In this document: positions 37,608 to 47,729 of the stretch, piece after piece
Position numbering within the stretch: position 1 is the first letter of the stretch
Layout of the letters: each line of letters opens with the position of its first letter
IMG/VR virus record: IMGVR_UViG_3300026290_000001
Length of the DNA: 64,000 nucleotides
Source: a virus
Strand: one strand, 5' to 3'
The notes under the pieces: model-generated
Databases searched by the model: none
Told to the model about the DNA's origin: nothing
The model's input: only the letters and a program-made list of their open reading frames with translations
Position numbers and translations under genes: made by a program

Positions 37608-38120
37608 TTACACAACATCTATACCTCTAGTTTTTAAAGCACTTTTCATCGTTTGAACATGTAACCCTTTACTTCCAATTTCTTCTCGTGTATTCTTAAT
37701 AAATGGTCTTGGTTTGCTCCAAGGATCATTCCCATATCCAAATTCTATATTATGTGCCAAACTTTCACCTAAATCAACACCACCATATCCACCATGATTG
37801 TATGCAAATGAATGATTAAAATCGGCATTATCAACAACTTCAAGTACTCCATCTTCAATTAAATGAGAATTCATTTGTCCTGTATCCCCAAGACCGAGTG
37901 AACCTTCAATAAAACCTCTACGTTTATACATAACTGGATTAGGATATTTATCATAAACATCTGTTTTTACATGATCTGAAATTTTATCTTTAACCATTTC
38001 AGACATTTCTTTTTGAAGTGAAGAATTAACTTGTTGTGTAATATACTGCTCAAGTTGTTTTAAACTACTAAAGCTTTTACCCAATTTCCTCACCTTCACT
38101 TTGATTGCCATTTGCAACAT
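37608..38120 (-). CDS. hypothetical tail protein (possible tail assembly chaperone partner)
   Basis: Overlaps the upstream ORF by 44 nt in another frame, upstream of the tape measure region. Confidence 0.25.
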   Translation of the reverse strand: MLQMAIKVKVRKLGKSFSSLKQLEQYITQQVNSSLQKEMSEMVKDKISDHVKTDVYDKYPNPVMYKRRGFIEGSLGLGDTGQMNSHLIEDGVLEVVDNADFNHSFAYNHGGYGGVDLGESLAHNIEFGYGNDPWSKPRPFIKNTREEIGSKGLHVQTMKSALKTRGIDVV

Positions 38121-38715
38121 TCCACATATCCTTCAACATAGGTAATTTATCCCAATCTAATTTATTTATATCTTTTACTAAACTTTTACTGAGACTTTTT
38201 ATTTGCTTATCTGTGGGGAGTTTTTCAACCACTTTATCTAATTTACTTGCCAATATTCCCTCAATACTATTATTTAACTTTATAATCTGAGTAAGTTCAC
38301 AATCCACCAAATCCAATATAAATTCAACTTCAGTTATTGGTATTTGATTTAAAATCCTTTCTATCCCCACATTCTCACAAAGATAATCATAATCTTCAAT
38401 AAGATTTTCTGAGAACTCGATATTAGTGTAATTCACCAATAATGAAACATCACTGGTTAATTTTTTATAAAAGTAATCTATTTTGCTTAAACCATTAATT
38501 TCATCTAAGACAATACAACTATCTATAATTTTATTTACTATTAAATTTTTTTCTATAATGGATAAATACTGTTTAACTTCAAGCAGATCATCTACGAATT
38601 TACCTGCTTCAATTTGTTCTTTTATTTCTTGAACTAACATATTAAATACCTCCAATATATTTATTTTAATAATATATAAAAATCTCTGTGCGAGGCCACT
38701 CTTTGTCATAGCCAC
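38077..38715 (-). CDS. hypothetical tail protein (possible tail assembly chaperone)
   Basis: Acidic protein, overlapping pair with 37608..38120. Confidence 0.25.
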   Translation of the reverse strand: MAMTKSGLAQRFLYIIKINILEVFNMLVQEIKEQIEAGKFVDDLLEVKQYLSIIEKNLIVNKIIDSCIVLDEINGLSKIDYFYKKLTSDVSLLVNYTNIEFSENLIEDYDYLCENVGIERILNQIPITEVEFILDLVDCELTQIIKLNNSIEGILASKLDKVVEKLPTDKQIKSLSKSLVKDINKLDWDKLPMLKDMWNVANGNQSEGEEIG

Positions 38716-39112
38716 ATTTCAAAGTTAAACTTGTTAAATGTAAAGAATCATCATCAATTATTAATCCTGATTCAGCAATACCGTCTAAAATAAATTTAGG
38801 GACAGTATTGTCACAATCTTTACGGATTTTGGTTTTGAAGTAACTAACAAATGTCATTTCACACTGTTCTATTTTTTTATTTGTAAGTTTGTTTTCTTCT
38901 ACAAACCAGATTATGAAATCTTTCCATTTTTGTTTTAAATCATTCATTTGAGGACGTTTCATTATCATCCATTTATTGATAGATGGATGAGTAGGTTTAT
39001 CAATAGGAATTTTTTTACGTTTTGGATATTTAGCAAAATAATATTTATTGTATTTTTCTAAAACATTATTATCTATAATTAGTTTTATTTCTGAAATAAT
39101 AAATTCCTCCAA
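38666..39112 (-). CDS. hypothetical protein
   Basis: ORF in tail module. Confidence 0.3.
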   Translation of the reverse strand: MEEFIISEIKLIIDNNVLEKYNKYYFAKYPKRKKIPIDKPTHPSINKWMIMKRPQMNDLKQKWKDFIIWFVEENKLTNKKIEQCEMTFVSYFKTKIRKDCDNTVPKFILDGIAESGLIIDDDSLHLTSLTLKCGYDKEWPRTEIFIYY

Positions 39113-39174
39113 ACAAAAAGAGAGATTATTTATAATTTCTAACCCCTCTTTATATATTAATTTATATTGTTGTT

Positions 39175-40137
39175 TTAAAACACCACATAACTCACACCAC
39201 TACCAACAATTGCATCTTCACTACCACCAGCAAACGGTACTGGTTCACTTAAAATATCTAATGGGAAACCTGCTTGATAAGTACCAACCACAAATAATGC
39301 TGCTAATTCAGGGGTATTATTAATTATACTTTCTACATTACCTGGCATTATCTGGTCTGGATCGCCATCAACATTAGTAGGAGAAGTAATTGTTAATAAA
39401 TTATTAGCAAAACCAACAGTCCCTTGTTGACTTATTCCCGTACCAGCAACTAATATCACCGAATAATCATTTCCACTTACACCTGCTGTTTTACAATTAA
39501 TTACCATAGAACCACCTGTTGAACCTGTTACAGTTACACTTGCTGGAATGGCAAGTTGAGTATCAGCAAATCCTATAGTATCACCAATGGAAGATGTTAT
39601 TGTTCTTATATATTCAGTGTTATCTACACTGAATTTTATTGTTTTTGTGTTAAGCGAATCTAATTCAAAATTTTTAGTTGAATCTATTAATGTTGAAGTT
39701 GTTCCTATAGAAGTAGATGTACCATGAAGAAGTGCAGTTTGAATGGGAGTAGTTATGGTTGCGTTTAGATTAGTAGGGATATTGGTTATTAAACTTGCTC
39801 CTACATCAACTACACGACCTGTAATTTTTAATGTTCCTCCACTAACGGCAGATACTCGACATCTTACTCCTGCAAAATGTGCTAAATCTATGACGAAAAC
39901 CTGATTGGCATTACCTGTGACAGATGTAGCAATTGTTAATTCTGGTAATTTAACAGCAGGAATAGGAAACCAATTAGGTGTAGATGAACCATCACAACCT
40001 TCAAAATGTACAGTATAATTAGCCGAACTAATAATATAAACCGCCATTTGATTGTTTCTACCTGTTTTAAAAGTTACTCCATTACCTGTAGTTGTTACAT
40101 TATCTTGGAAAATCCAAGAGTTTGTTTGTACGTTCAT
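39175..40137 (-). CDS. putative major tail/structural protein
   Basis: Preceded by a terminator hairpin and a long CA-rich leader, suggesting high expression; Thr/Ser/Gly-rich. Confidence 0.35.
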   Translation of the reverse strand: MNVQTNSWIFQDNVTTTGNGVTFKTGRNNQMAVYIISSANYTVHFEGCDGSSTPNWFPIPAVKLPELTIATSVTGNANQVFVIDLAHFAGVRCRVSAVSGGTLKITGRVVDVGASLITNIPTNLNATITTPIQTALLHGTSTSIGTTSTLIDSTKNFELDSLNTKTIKFSVDNTEYIRTITSSIGDTIGFADTQLAIPASVTVTGSTGGSMVINCKTAGVSGNDYSVILVAGTGISQQGTVGFANNLLTITSPTNVDGDPDQIMPGNVESIINNTPELAALFVVGTYQAGFPLDILSEPVPFAGGSEDAIVGSGVSYVVF

Positions 40138-40291
40138 TTTATTTGCCTCCTTTTGATTTATGGATTTATGTTGTTTTGAGTGGTTGGTTGATTGATTGGT
40201 TAGTTAGTTGGTTGATTTGATTGGTTGAATGATAGTTGATTTGATTTGATTTGATTGTTATTTGAGTGATAGTTGAAAGGTTAATAAAATA

Positions 40292-40320
40292 GGGTAGATA
40301 CTGTAGGAATGTATCTACCC
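40292..40320 (-). terminator. rho-independent terminator-like hairpin
   Basis: Perfect 10-bp stem gggtagatac / gtatctaccc with 9-nt loop, 7 nt after the stop of 40327..40617, followed by T-rich tract on the - strand. Confidence 0.5.
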
Positions 40321-40326
40321 ATGTGA

Positions 40327-40617
40327 TTATTTTTGTGGAATAATTTTGTCAAATGTTTTCATTGTTTCTTTTATTGTTTCTTTTACCATTTCCTTTTCTT
40401 CTGAAAAATCTACATCAACCCAATCGCAATTTTGGGGAGAAAAAAGCATTTGAATATACCAGATATCCGAGTCTTTAACATGTTCCATATAATTACCATC
40501 TGTAAAATAAAAACCTTTTTTATCTTTACCTATGGTGTAGATTCTATCCATATAAAGACCAGGGGGTGGGGCGGCAGGACAAGTATAAGTTAATTTAACT
40601 TCATTGTATTTCATCAT
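40327..40617 (-). CDS. hypothetical protein
   Basis: ORF with RBS. Confidence 0.3.
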   Translation of the reverse strand: MMKYNEVKLTYTCPAAPPPGLYMDRIYTIGKDKKGFYFTDGNYMEHVKDSDIWYIQMLFSPQNCDWVDVDFSEEKEMVKETIKETMKTFDKIIPQK

Positions 40618-40683
40618 TTCGGAATCACCTCTTTTAAATTATAGGAGATTATGTAAAGACATAACCTCCTATAAAAACTATAA

Positions 40684-41439
40684 TTAAACTTCTACATAAT
40701 GCATCATATCACCAGTTGAATCAGCGAGAATATCCCATTCAATCGATAATCTTGCTACGTTATCTGCGTCCATAGTAAGAGATACATTAGATTTTGGCTT
40801 AACATTTAATAATTGATACTGTACAAATGTATCAACCTGATTTGTTCCACGAACAGCACTATCAGCATAAATAGTATAACCACCAGGGAAACTTACATTA
40901 TCAACGGTAAATGTATTATGAGTTCCTTCTAACATATAATAACATACTACTTTTCCTGCGGTTGAAAATGTAGTCGGATTAAAAGTTAAGGCTTTATCTG
41001 TTATAGAATACTTATCTTCAGCACTTGCTGGAGTTCCTGCTGTTTGTTCAGCGTCATGGGTAATACCATCACTATTTAATTTAAAAATAACTAGACTACC
41101 AGCTTTGGGAAGTTCAGTTAATGATGCACCTCCACCACCGGCTTGAACATTTAAAACTTCACGTTTTGCTACAGGCATAGTTTTATTAGACATAGTTGTT
41201 CCGAAGAGCAAAGATAACCATTTAAGTTCAAAAACTTCCATCTCTGTCTTAAATGTACCCTCTCTCTGTTTATCCCATCTAATAGCTTTTGTAGTCTTAT
41301 TGTAAGCATAAACGGAATCAGCAGTAAAATCTATTGAACTTGTTTTGGCGTAATCAGCATAAAGAACTGGTTTTAATCCACCACCAGCAACTTGTTCATA
41401 TACATGAAGATTGGCCGCATCTTTAATACCATATAGCAT
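40684..41439 (-). CDS. putative tail tube / major tail protein
   Basis: Size and position; followed by an imperfect hairpin. Confidence 0.3.
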   Translation of the reverse strand: MLYGIKDAANLHVYEQVAGGGLKPVLYADYAKTSSIDFTADSVYAYNKTTKAIRWDKQREGTFKTEMEVFELKWLSLLFGTTMSNKTMPVAKREVLNVQAGGGGASLTELPKAGSLVIFKLNSDGITHDAEQTAGTPASAEDKYSITDKALTFNPTTFSTAGKVVCYYMLEGTHNTFTVDNVSFPGGYTIYADSAVRGTNQVDTFVQYQLLNVKPKSNVSLTMDADNVARLSIEWDILADSTGDMMHYVEV

Positions 41440-41509
41440 ATTATAAATTCCTCCTTTAATTATTTTTGTTTAATAAAAAGAGTAGATAATAGAAATCCAA
41501 TCCTTACAT

Positions 41510-42229
41510 CTATTCTTTATATTGATAATTTAACTTTAATAAATCAGTCCAATGTTTATTTTCAATTAATGATTTTTCACCACTAACTAAATAGATTCTA
41601 AAATGATCATTATAAGTACTAATTCCCATTATCGAACTATAGCAATTTATTATTCTCCAAATAGTCCACTTTTTTATTTCTTCAATCGGAATATAACTTC
41701 TCCCACCAAACTCACAATAGTTTATTATATCTTCTAATTTAACCTCATTATTTTTAGCATTTCTACGTCTACCTTCTTGAAGTTTTTCCCATATATCTCT
41801 TTGTCTATCATTTTTAAATACAGGTTTTTTCTCTTTTACTGGTCTTTCCCTACCACATATTTTTAATATAATCTCGGCAAATTCATCAAAATTATTTTTA
41901 TTCAATCTACCTTTAAACCCATCAAAAAAAATACCTTGTTCATCAACATCGAATTTATTCTTACAGAAAAACTCTAAAGATAAAAATAAGAAACTTACAA
42001 CATCCTGTGAACTACACAATAAATCAAAAGTGTTTAATCCTTCTTTTTCTTCCTCTGTTATCTCATCATCAAATAAACTATCAACTGTTATATAATAGGG
42101 AAGTAGTAACTTCTCAAATTCTTCAAGACGATAATCTAATATTTCTTCAAAACTTGGTTGATAAATCATACAAATATCATAAAAAGGAATTGGTTTCTGT
42201 AATTTAAGATAAAGATTTAAATTTTCCAT
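41510..42229 (-). CDS. hypothetical protein
   Basis: ORF in tail/head-tail joining region. Confidence 0.3.
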   Translation of the reverse strand: MENLNLYLKLQKPIPFYDICMIYQPSFEEILDYRLEEFEKLLLPYYITVDSLFDDEITEEEKEGLNTFDLLCSSQDVVSFLFLSLEFFCKNKFDVDEQGIFFDGFKGRLNKNNFDEFAEIILKICGRERPVKEKKPVFKNDRQRDIWEKLQEGRRRNAKNNEVKLEDIINYCEFGGRSYIPIEEIKKWTIWRIINCYSSIMGISTYNDHFRIYLVSGEKSLIENKHWTDLLKLNYQYKE

Positions 42230-42243
42230 ATTCTCACTTACTT

Positions 42244-42720
42244 TTATTGAAATTCCGTAGACCTGTACCCAATATATGCACCTGAATAATAATCATTTAC
42301 AGAAAAATCTGCCATATCATAAAATTCTAATTTCCCTAAACCAATATCTCTTGAATAATTCATTAATTCATCAATCTGATTTATTAAGAAATCATACCTT
42401 AAAAAACCATGATCTGTTTTAATCAAAGAATTATGAGAAATCACGTAAAAATAAATAGATCCATTTTTATAAGACATACCTTTTGCTCTATAATTAAAAG
42501 ATGTTGTTATGAATGTTTTAGGTGTTGTTTCAATAGTGGGTATGTACTTGTATGGATATATATTTTCGTAAATTAAACTACTGGCATCGAAATCTTCTGG
42601 TAAAGGTATATCTAAAAAATTAGATTCATTATTAACCAAGCATTTTACAATTTCTTGATCTTCAATTAATTTTGAAAGAATAATATATTTATTTGTACTA
42701 AGTTCAGCAAATCGTCCCAT
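42244..42720 (-). CDS. hypothetical protein
   Basis: ORF. Confidence 0.3.
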   Translation of the reverse strand: MGRFAELSTNKYIILSKLIEDQEIVKCLVNNESNFLDIPLPEDFDASSLIYENIYPYKYIPTIETTPKTFITTSFNYRAKGMSYKNGSIYFYVISHNSLIKTDHGFLRYDFLINQIDELMNYSRDIGLGKLEFYDMADFSVNDYYSGAYIGYRSTEFQ

Positions 42721-42737
42721 TAGATACCCCCCTTTAC

Positions 42738-43910
42738 CTAAAATAAATTCCTTATCATAATTCTAAATGCTGGTGTTACAAGACTTCCGCTTTCATTCCT
42801 TGCAAAAAGCTTTACATATCCAATAGTACTTCCAGCAGTTATCACACAACTATCAGTATCATAACTTGATATAGTTGCTAAATTTGTATTACTCACACCA
42901 TCATCACTTTTTAGATAAAATAGCATATCTCCAGGCACAATAATTCCATTATCACGAACAATACAATTATAATTAGATGATTTACCTTTTATAATTGAAT
43001 CACTTCCAATAATTTCTGCTGTAATATTGTGTTGGACTTCTTCAACCACGGTTACGGTAATACTATCACTTACCCCATTGGCACTTGCAGTTATTGTACA
43101 ACCACCTGTTTTTATAGCAGTTACCAAACCTGTACTGCTAACTGTGCAAATTCCTTCGTTTGAACTGATATAGGATAGGGCAGGGGAGGGAGATAATAAA
43201 AATTCATTATCATATACATTTACATTAAGTTGAAGGGTATCACCATCTTGAAGATTTATGGTTGATCCGTTAAGGATTTCTATAGTGTAAGTGTGAGTTA
43301 TAACTTCTTCAATGCAATATTCCATTTTTAATACTATTAGACCAGGCATGACTAAACGATTTATATCAATAACTCTATAATTATCATTTGATATAGAAAA
43401 TACTTCGCCACGTTCAATCAAAGAAGTTATATTATCATTTTTAATATAAACAATAATACTTGACTCAGGTATTGTTAAATATTTATTACTGTTATATCCC
43501 ATTGAATATAAACGAACATTACCATCTATTACAACGGGATAATTATATACAGTATTGTTTTTGTTTAAAGTTATATTTTGTGATGATAAATAAACTGTCC
43601 CAAATTCATAAACTGGATTAGTATCATCTATTCCAATGCACAACCATGTTTTATTATCAAAAACAATTTTGTCCCCAACACTGATACTATCACCAGGTTT
43701 CATTAATACTTTTTTAATAAAATAATCATCAGTATCAATTACTTGTATGTCAGTTGTAAATATTGAATCATTAAAATATGCTGAACGATAGGATGGATTA
43801 CTACTAAAATCTTTTGTTATAGAATTTTTCATATAATCAATTTGCCTATCGTTTATAGTATAACCATTGATTTTCAATTTTCGTTCATATAAATCCCAAT
43901 TTGTAGTCAA
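42738..43910 (-). CDS. structural protein with bacterial Ig-like (Big_2-type) domain
   Basis: C-terminal CTVSSTGLVTAIKTGGCTITASANGVSDSITVTV resembles Big_2 Ig-like domain. Confidence 0.4.
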   Translation of the reverse strand: MTTNWDLYERKLKINGYTINDRQIDYMKNSITKDFSSNPSYRSAYFNDSIFTTDIQVIDTDDYFIKKVLMKPGDSISVGDKIVFDNKTWLCIGIDDTNPVYEFGTVYLSSQNITLNKNNTVYNYPVVIDGNVRLYSMGYNSNKYLTIPESSIIVYIKNDNITSLIERGEVFSISNDNYRVIDINRLVMPGLIVLKMEYCIEEVITHTYTIEILNGSTINLQDGDTLQLNVNVYDNEFLLSPSPALSYISSNEGICTVSSTGLVTAIKTGGCTITASANGVSDSITVTVVEEVQHNITAEIIGSDSIIKGKSSNYNCIVRDNGIIVPGDMLFYLKSDDGVSNTNLATISSYDTDSCVITAGSTIGYVKLFARNESGSLVTPAFRIMIRNLF

Positions 43911-43934
43911 TAATCCACCCCCTTTTCATTTATT

Positions 43935-44468
43935 TTAATAAGCCTCAGGAATAAACTTTTTCCAAACAACTGTCGATTCAGAACCTTCTTTTTCACACCA
44001 GTAGTAATGTGGTGAAGCATAAACTACCACATTTCTCAACATACTTGGAGTACCTAAAGAACCACTGGATAGTTTTTCTACATCATCTCCCCAAGATGCA
44101 TTAGTGCAGTCTTCCGCAACTGCAACATCATTTCCGTCAGTACCTATAGTTTTATATTCAACCACAACAGTATCATCTTCTTTAGATGCTACAGCAGTTA
44201 CTAATACAGAATTAGCATTTATAGCTTTTGCCAATTCTTCAACTGCCTTATCTGCTGTTAAAGTTTCTCCTAAAACAACTGCAATGTTTCCTTCTTGAGC
44301 ATTCTCAGCAGCAACAACAAATTCATAAATTTCCGTTCCTCCGATAGTAACTGTTTCTGCTACTACGGGAATTCCTTTAAAAGTAAGAGTAGCAGTAGCC
44401 TTGTGTGGATTTGTTGGGTGTTCTTCGCTAAACCATTTCTCCTGCAATTGCAAAGTTCCATATGCCAA
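43935..44468 (-). CDS. hypothetical structural protein
   Basis: ORF with strong RBS, preceded by the repeated stem-loop element. Confidence 0.3.
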   Translation of the reverse strand: MAYGTLQLQEKWFSEEHPTNPHKATATLTFKGIPVVAETVTIGGTEIYEFVVAAENAQEGNIAVVLGETLTADKAVEELAKAINANSVLVTAVASKEDDTVVVEYKTIGTDGNDVAVAEDCTNASWGDDVEKLSSGSLGTPSMLRNVVVYASPHYYWCEKEGSESTVVWKKFIPEAY

Positions 44469-44537
44469 AATTAATTACCTCCTTTTCTTTATAAATAAAA
44501 AGGAGAGGGAAGGTTATTATCCTTCAAATTCTCCTAG

Positions 44538-44858
44538 CTAGTTATATTTATTTATCAATTTCTTAATAATATTAATACTCTTAAATACTTCTCGTTTTAT
44601 CTCACTATGAGAATATTGATTTTCAGACAACGCTTGCAATGTTGCTATTAAAGATAAAAAACTAGCATCTTTTTTTAACTTCAAAATCAAATCCTTACTG
44701 CCCGTCAACTCAAGAATAAGACTATCCAAATATGATTTTAAAGTTTCTGGTTCTGACTCACTTATTGGAAGGATTTTGTACACACGACCAATCAAGAAAT
44801 TCAGATAATTTAGAAAGAATTCATTGTCAATAATATTATCAATATGTACTTTAACCAT
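44538..44858 (-). CDS. hypothetical head-tail connector-region protein
   Basis: Small ORF downstream of capsid genes. Confidence 0.3.
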   Translation of the reverse strand: MVKVHIDNIIDNEFFLNYLNFLIGRVYKILPISESEPETLKSYLDSLILELTGSKDLILKLKKDASFLSLIATLQALSENQYSHSEIKREVFKSINIIKKLINKYN

Positions 44859-45313
44859 TATGAATCACCATAGGTATATAAAGTATAATCTACTATCATC
44901 CTTGAAATCTCTTTATCTAGTTCTTGTGCTAAAACCGTAAGTCTCAATAAATGTTCTGCCTGGGACGTTAATTTGAAATCCTTCGTTGTCATCCTTTGTT
45001 GCAATAATTCAAGATTATAAATCTTATCATTCAACCAATATTTTCTCATTATTGTAGCAAGAATTAATTTTTCTTCTTCTGTAAGAGTTTCATTAAATTT
45101 ACCTTCAATTGCTTCTCCAGTTTCACTTTCATCTTCACTAACTGGTTCAACCCTATCATTTAAATCTTTCTCACATGCTTTAAACCTTGTTATTGCCTTT
45201 AATAGTAATCCGTGTAAAATATCATCTCTTTCAGATTCCGTAAAATCTAAAAGAGAATCATCTTTTATATCACTAAGAAACATATTATATATTTCAGAAT
45301 ATAGTGAGGACAT
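44858..45313 (-). CDS. hypothetical head-tail connector-region protein
   Basis: Small ORF downstream of capsid genes. Confidence 0.3.
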   Translation of the reverse strand: MSSLYSEIYNMFLSDIKDDSLLDFTESERDDILHGLLLKAITRFKACEKDLNDRVEPVSEDESETGEAIEGKFNETLTEEEKLILATIMRKYWLNDKIYNLELLQQRMTTKDFKLTSQAEHLLRLTVLAQELDKEISRMIVDYTLYTYGDS

Positions 45314-45327
45314 TATCTTTGCCCCCT

Positions 45328-46080
45328 TTATTTAATGTTGATAAAATTGTCAACAGGTTTACCTTCAGGTTGTAAAAGAATATCCAATTCAATACCCATT
45401 GATTCTTCGATATAATTCTTTATTTTAATAGAATCCAATTCACCACTTTTAATCATTTTTGCCGCTTGTTCGACCACTGAATTCTTATATCCACTAGGTA
45501 ATTTATCAAACTTTTTCTTAAATGAATTAAAATCAAGTCTTAAAATATCAGATACATTATTCAATCCAAGAATTTCTTCATAATGTTTGAAAATGTTTGC
45601 ATATTTCAAAATTTCAATTTCATCATCTTCTATTACTCTAATCCAAGGCTCTCGTATAAATCTTGAGTCAGTATTTTTAAGATCAATAAATTCACCAAGT
45701 TCTATATTATTTGTATCTCCAGGGTTTTCCCAAACAATTTTATAACCAATTTTACGTTTGGATTTATAAATCAATCTACCACTGGATATATTTTTTAAGC
45801 AAATCATACGATTAAGATCTGGTTTCCAAGGTTCTTCTTTTGGTTGGATATTTTTTTTAGATGTTTGAGAAGGTTTAGATTCAAGTTGGGAAGTATCGGT
45901 ATTCAATTCTAAACTTTTTTTAATTCCTTCTACCTGTTCATCATCTAGTTTAGTCATGTGACTTTTTACTTCATATCCTAAATCTTGTGCTGTTTCAATA
46001 ATCTTTTTATTCTCAATATCTAGTTCCTTTGCCAATTCAAATACTTTCATATTAAAATTTACTCCTCTCATTCTTTGCAA
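45328..46080 (-). CDS. hypothetical protein with Rho-N/SAP-like N-terminal motif
   Basis: N-terminus MKVFELAKELDIENKKIIETAQDLG. Confidence 0.3.
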   Translation of the reverse strand: MQRMRGVNFNMKVFELAKELDIENKKIIETAQDLGYEVKSHMTKLDDEQVEGIKKSLELNTDTSQLESKPSQTSKKNIQPKEEPWKPDLNRMICLKNISSGRLIYKSKRKIGYKIVWENPGDTNNIELGEFIDLKNTDSRFIREPWIRVIEDDEIEILKYANIFKHYEEILGLNNVSDILRLDFNSFKKKFDKLPSGYKNSVVEQAAKMIKSGELDSIKIKNYIEESMGIELDILLQPEGKPVDNFINIK

Positions 46081-46086
46081 TTAAAA

Positions 46087-46105
46087 AGAGGGGATTAACC
46101 CCTCT
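46087..46105 (-). terminator. rho-independent terminator downstream of the capsid gene
   Basis: Perfect 7-bp GC-rich stem agagggg / cccctct, 5-nt loop, followed by a T-run on the - strand. Confidence 0.55.
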
Positions 46106-46146
46106 AAATAATTACTATAAAATTATATTGATAATTTATAATTTAA

Positions 46147-47145
46147 TTAGTCAGATATTTGATATCTGCCATAAAGGTCAGTAATTACAATACCAGTACC
46201 GTACCGAGTAGCTGCAAAGTAATCTTGGGTCAAATCTTGGTTGGCAAGTGCATCACCACTGATAATTCTCATTTCACCTTCGGTTACAAATTTTACAGGT
46301 TTTGCATCAACGGATACTATATAAAGATCACTTTCAGAAAGTTTGAAATTATATGTACCAACGGTGTGAACCTGTTTGATTCTCATCATAGGAGTACCAT
46401 TAAAGTTACCATAATAACCCATTTTGTACATATCATCTTTTGCAGCATCAGCTATAATAGCAGTAGTTACTTTCCGTAGTGCTTTTCTAGTTCCTGCAAT
46501 CATGGCAGATTTGCCAGTGGCGGCTTCAACGTGTTCAATTACATCAAGTAAATCTTCTTCATCAAAAGAACCATTGTCGGTGAATCCAGCAGGTAAACCA
46601 GAGAAAGCACCAGTGAAAGCGGTGTAAATATCATCGTTAATTTTCAGTTTGAAAGCCTTATCTAATGCTTCAAGCATTTCGTTAAAGTCTACACGTCCGG
46701 CGAGTAAACGAGAAAGATGTTCGTATATTTTGATGCCTTTCCAAGAGGTGGTGATAGAAACATTAGTTCCAACATCTAAACGCTGTCTACGTAGAGATTG
46801 AGTTCCATCGGCAATTTCTGAAATTACCAACATGGTGCGGTCTGGCGCATAGAAACTATTCTGATCACCAAGGGCAAGGTTCTTATATTCCACAAAATTT
46901 TCAAAGAAATTATCATCAGGAAGTCCTTCAAGGACAGTGTTTTGAAGAATCTCTTCTAATATTTCAAACATTGCTACGCCATTTCTACGGAATGATTTAT
47001 AATCCAATTTGGTAGAACCACCATTGAGTTCTATAAAATGTTGGCGCAATGCCTCTGTTGCATCGGATTTACTAAATTTATCATGTGAAAATTTATTTTT
47101 ATAAATATCTTTCGCTAATTTTACCAAAGTTTTATTATCTTCCAT
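46147..47145 (-). CDS. major capsid protein (putative)
   Basis: 332 aa, position after portal/scaffold region, followed by a strong terminator. Confidence 0.5.
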   Translation of the reverse strand: MEDNKTLVKLAKDIYKNKFSHDKFSKSDATEALRQHFIELNGGSTKLDYKSFRRNGVAMFEILEEILQNTVLEGLPDDNFFENFVEYKNLALGDQNSFYAPDRTMLVISEIADGTQSLRRQRLDVGTNVSITTSWKGIKIYEHLSRLLAGRVDFNEMLEALDKAFKLKINDDIYTAFTGAFSGLPAGFTDNGSFDEEDLLDVIEHVEAATGKSAMIAGTRKALRKVTTAIIADAAKDDMYKMGYYGNFNGTPMMRIKQVHTVGTYNFKLSESDLYIVSVDAKPVKFVTEGEMRIISGDALANQDLTQDYFAATRYGTGIVITDLYGRYQISD

Positions 47146-47182
47146 TTAATTTATTCCTCCTTTATTTATATTAATAGATTAA

Positions 47183-47713
47183 TTATCTAACACTAATCAT
47201 CTCTACCACATTAAGATACTTCGAACCATTGTAGATTTCTCTTGCAATGATTTTTCCATAGAAAACTTCACTCTTAGCAATGTTGGCTACTTCTGCCCAC
47301 TTAACACCTGTGGCGTCAGGAGCAACATAGGAATTAACTGCGGGGATGCCACTACCACTGCTAATCGGAGTAATGCAATCATCGCTGATACTAAAAGTGT
47401 CACCAACTTCAAGAGGTATTAGAGTAATATTCGCACCTGCGGCATTTTGAAACTTGTCTAATGCCTGACCAGATTTCGTTGATTCATCATAGATGATTTC
47501 TGGACTGGCTACAAGGTAACAATTAGGAGTAGTTTCACCCCCAGGTGCCACACACTTCCAGAGTTCTCTTTCTCCCGTAATTAGGGAATGCAATTTTACG
47601 ATACATCCATTGTCAATAGCAGTAGGATCAGCACCTACATAGTACCGTCCACTCTTGATATTACCTGCTTTAGTAGCCTTGATTGCGTCTGTTCTTACGA
47701 TTCCGTATGCCAT
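47183..47713 (-). CDS. hypothetical head protein (scaffold or decoration candidate)
   Basis: Immediately upstream of the putative capsid gene. Confidence 0.3.
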   Translation of the reverse strand: MAYGIVRTDAIKATKAGNIKSGRYYVGADPTAIDNGCIVKLHSLITGERELWKCVAPGGETTPNCYLVASPEIIYDESTKSGQALDKFQNAAGANITLIPLEVGDTFSISDDCITPISSGSGIPAVNSYVAPDATGVKWAEVANIAKSEVFYGKIIAREIYNGSKYLNVVEMISVR

Positions 47714-47729
47714 ATTATAAATTCCTCCT

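Noticed and set aside
40141-40280. GT-rich short tandem repeats as a possible CRISPR array or minisatellite
   Set aside because: Repeat units are short (5-9 nt), irregular, and not separated by unique spacers; no cas genes nearby. Interpreted as a CA-rich 5' leader instead.
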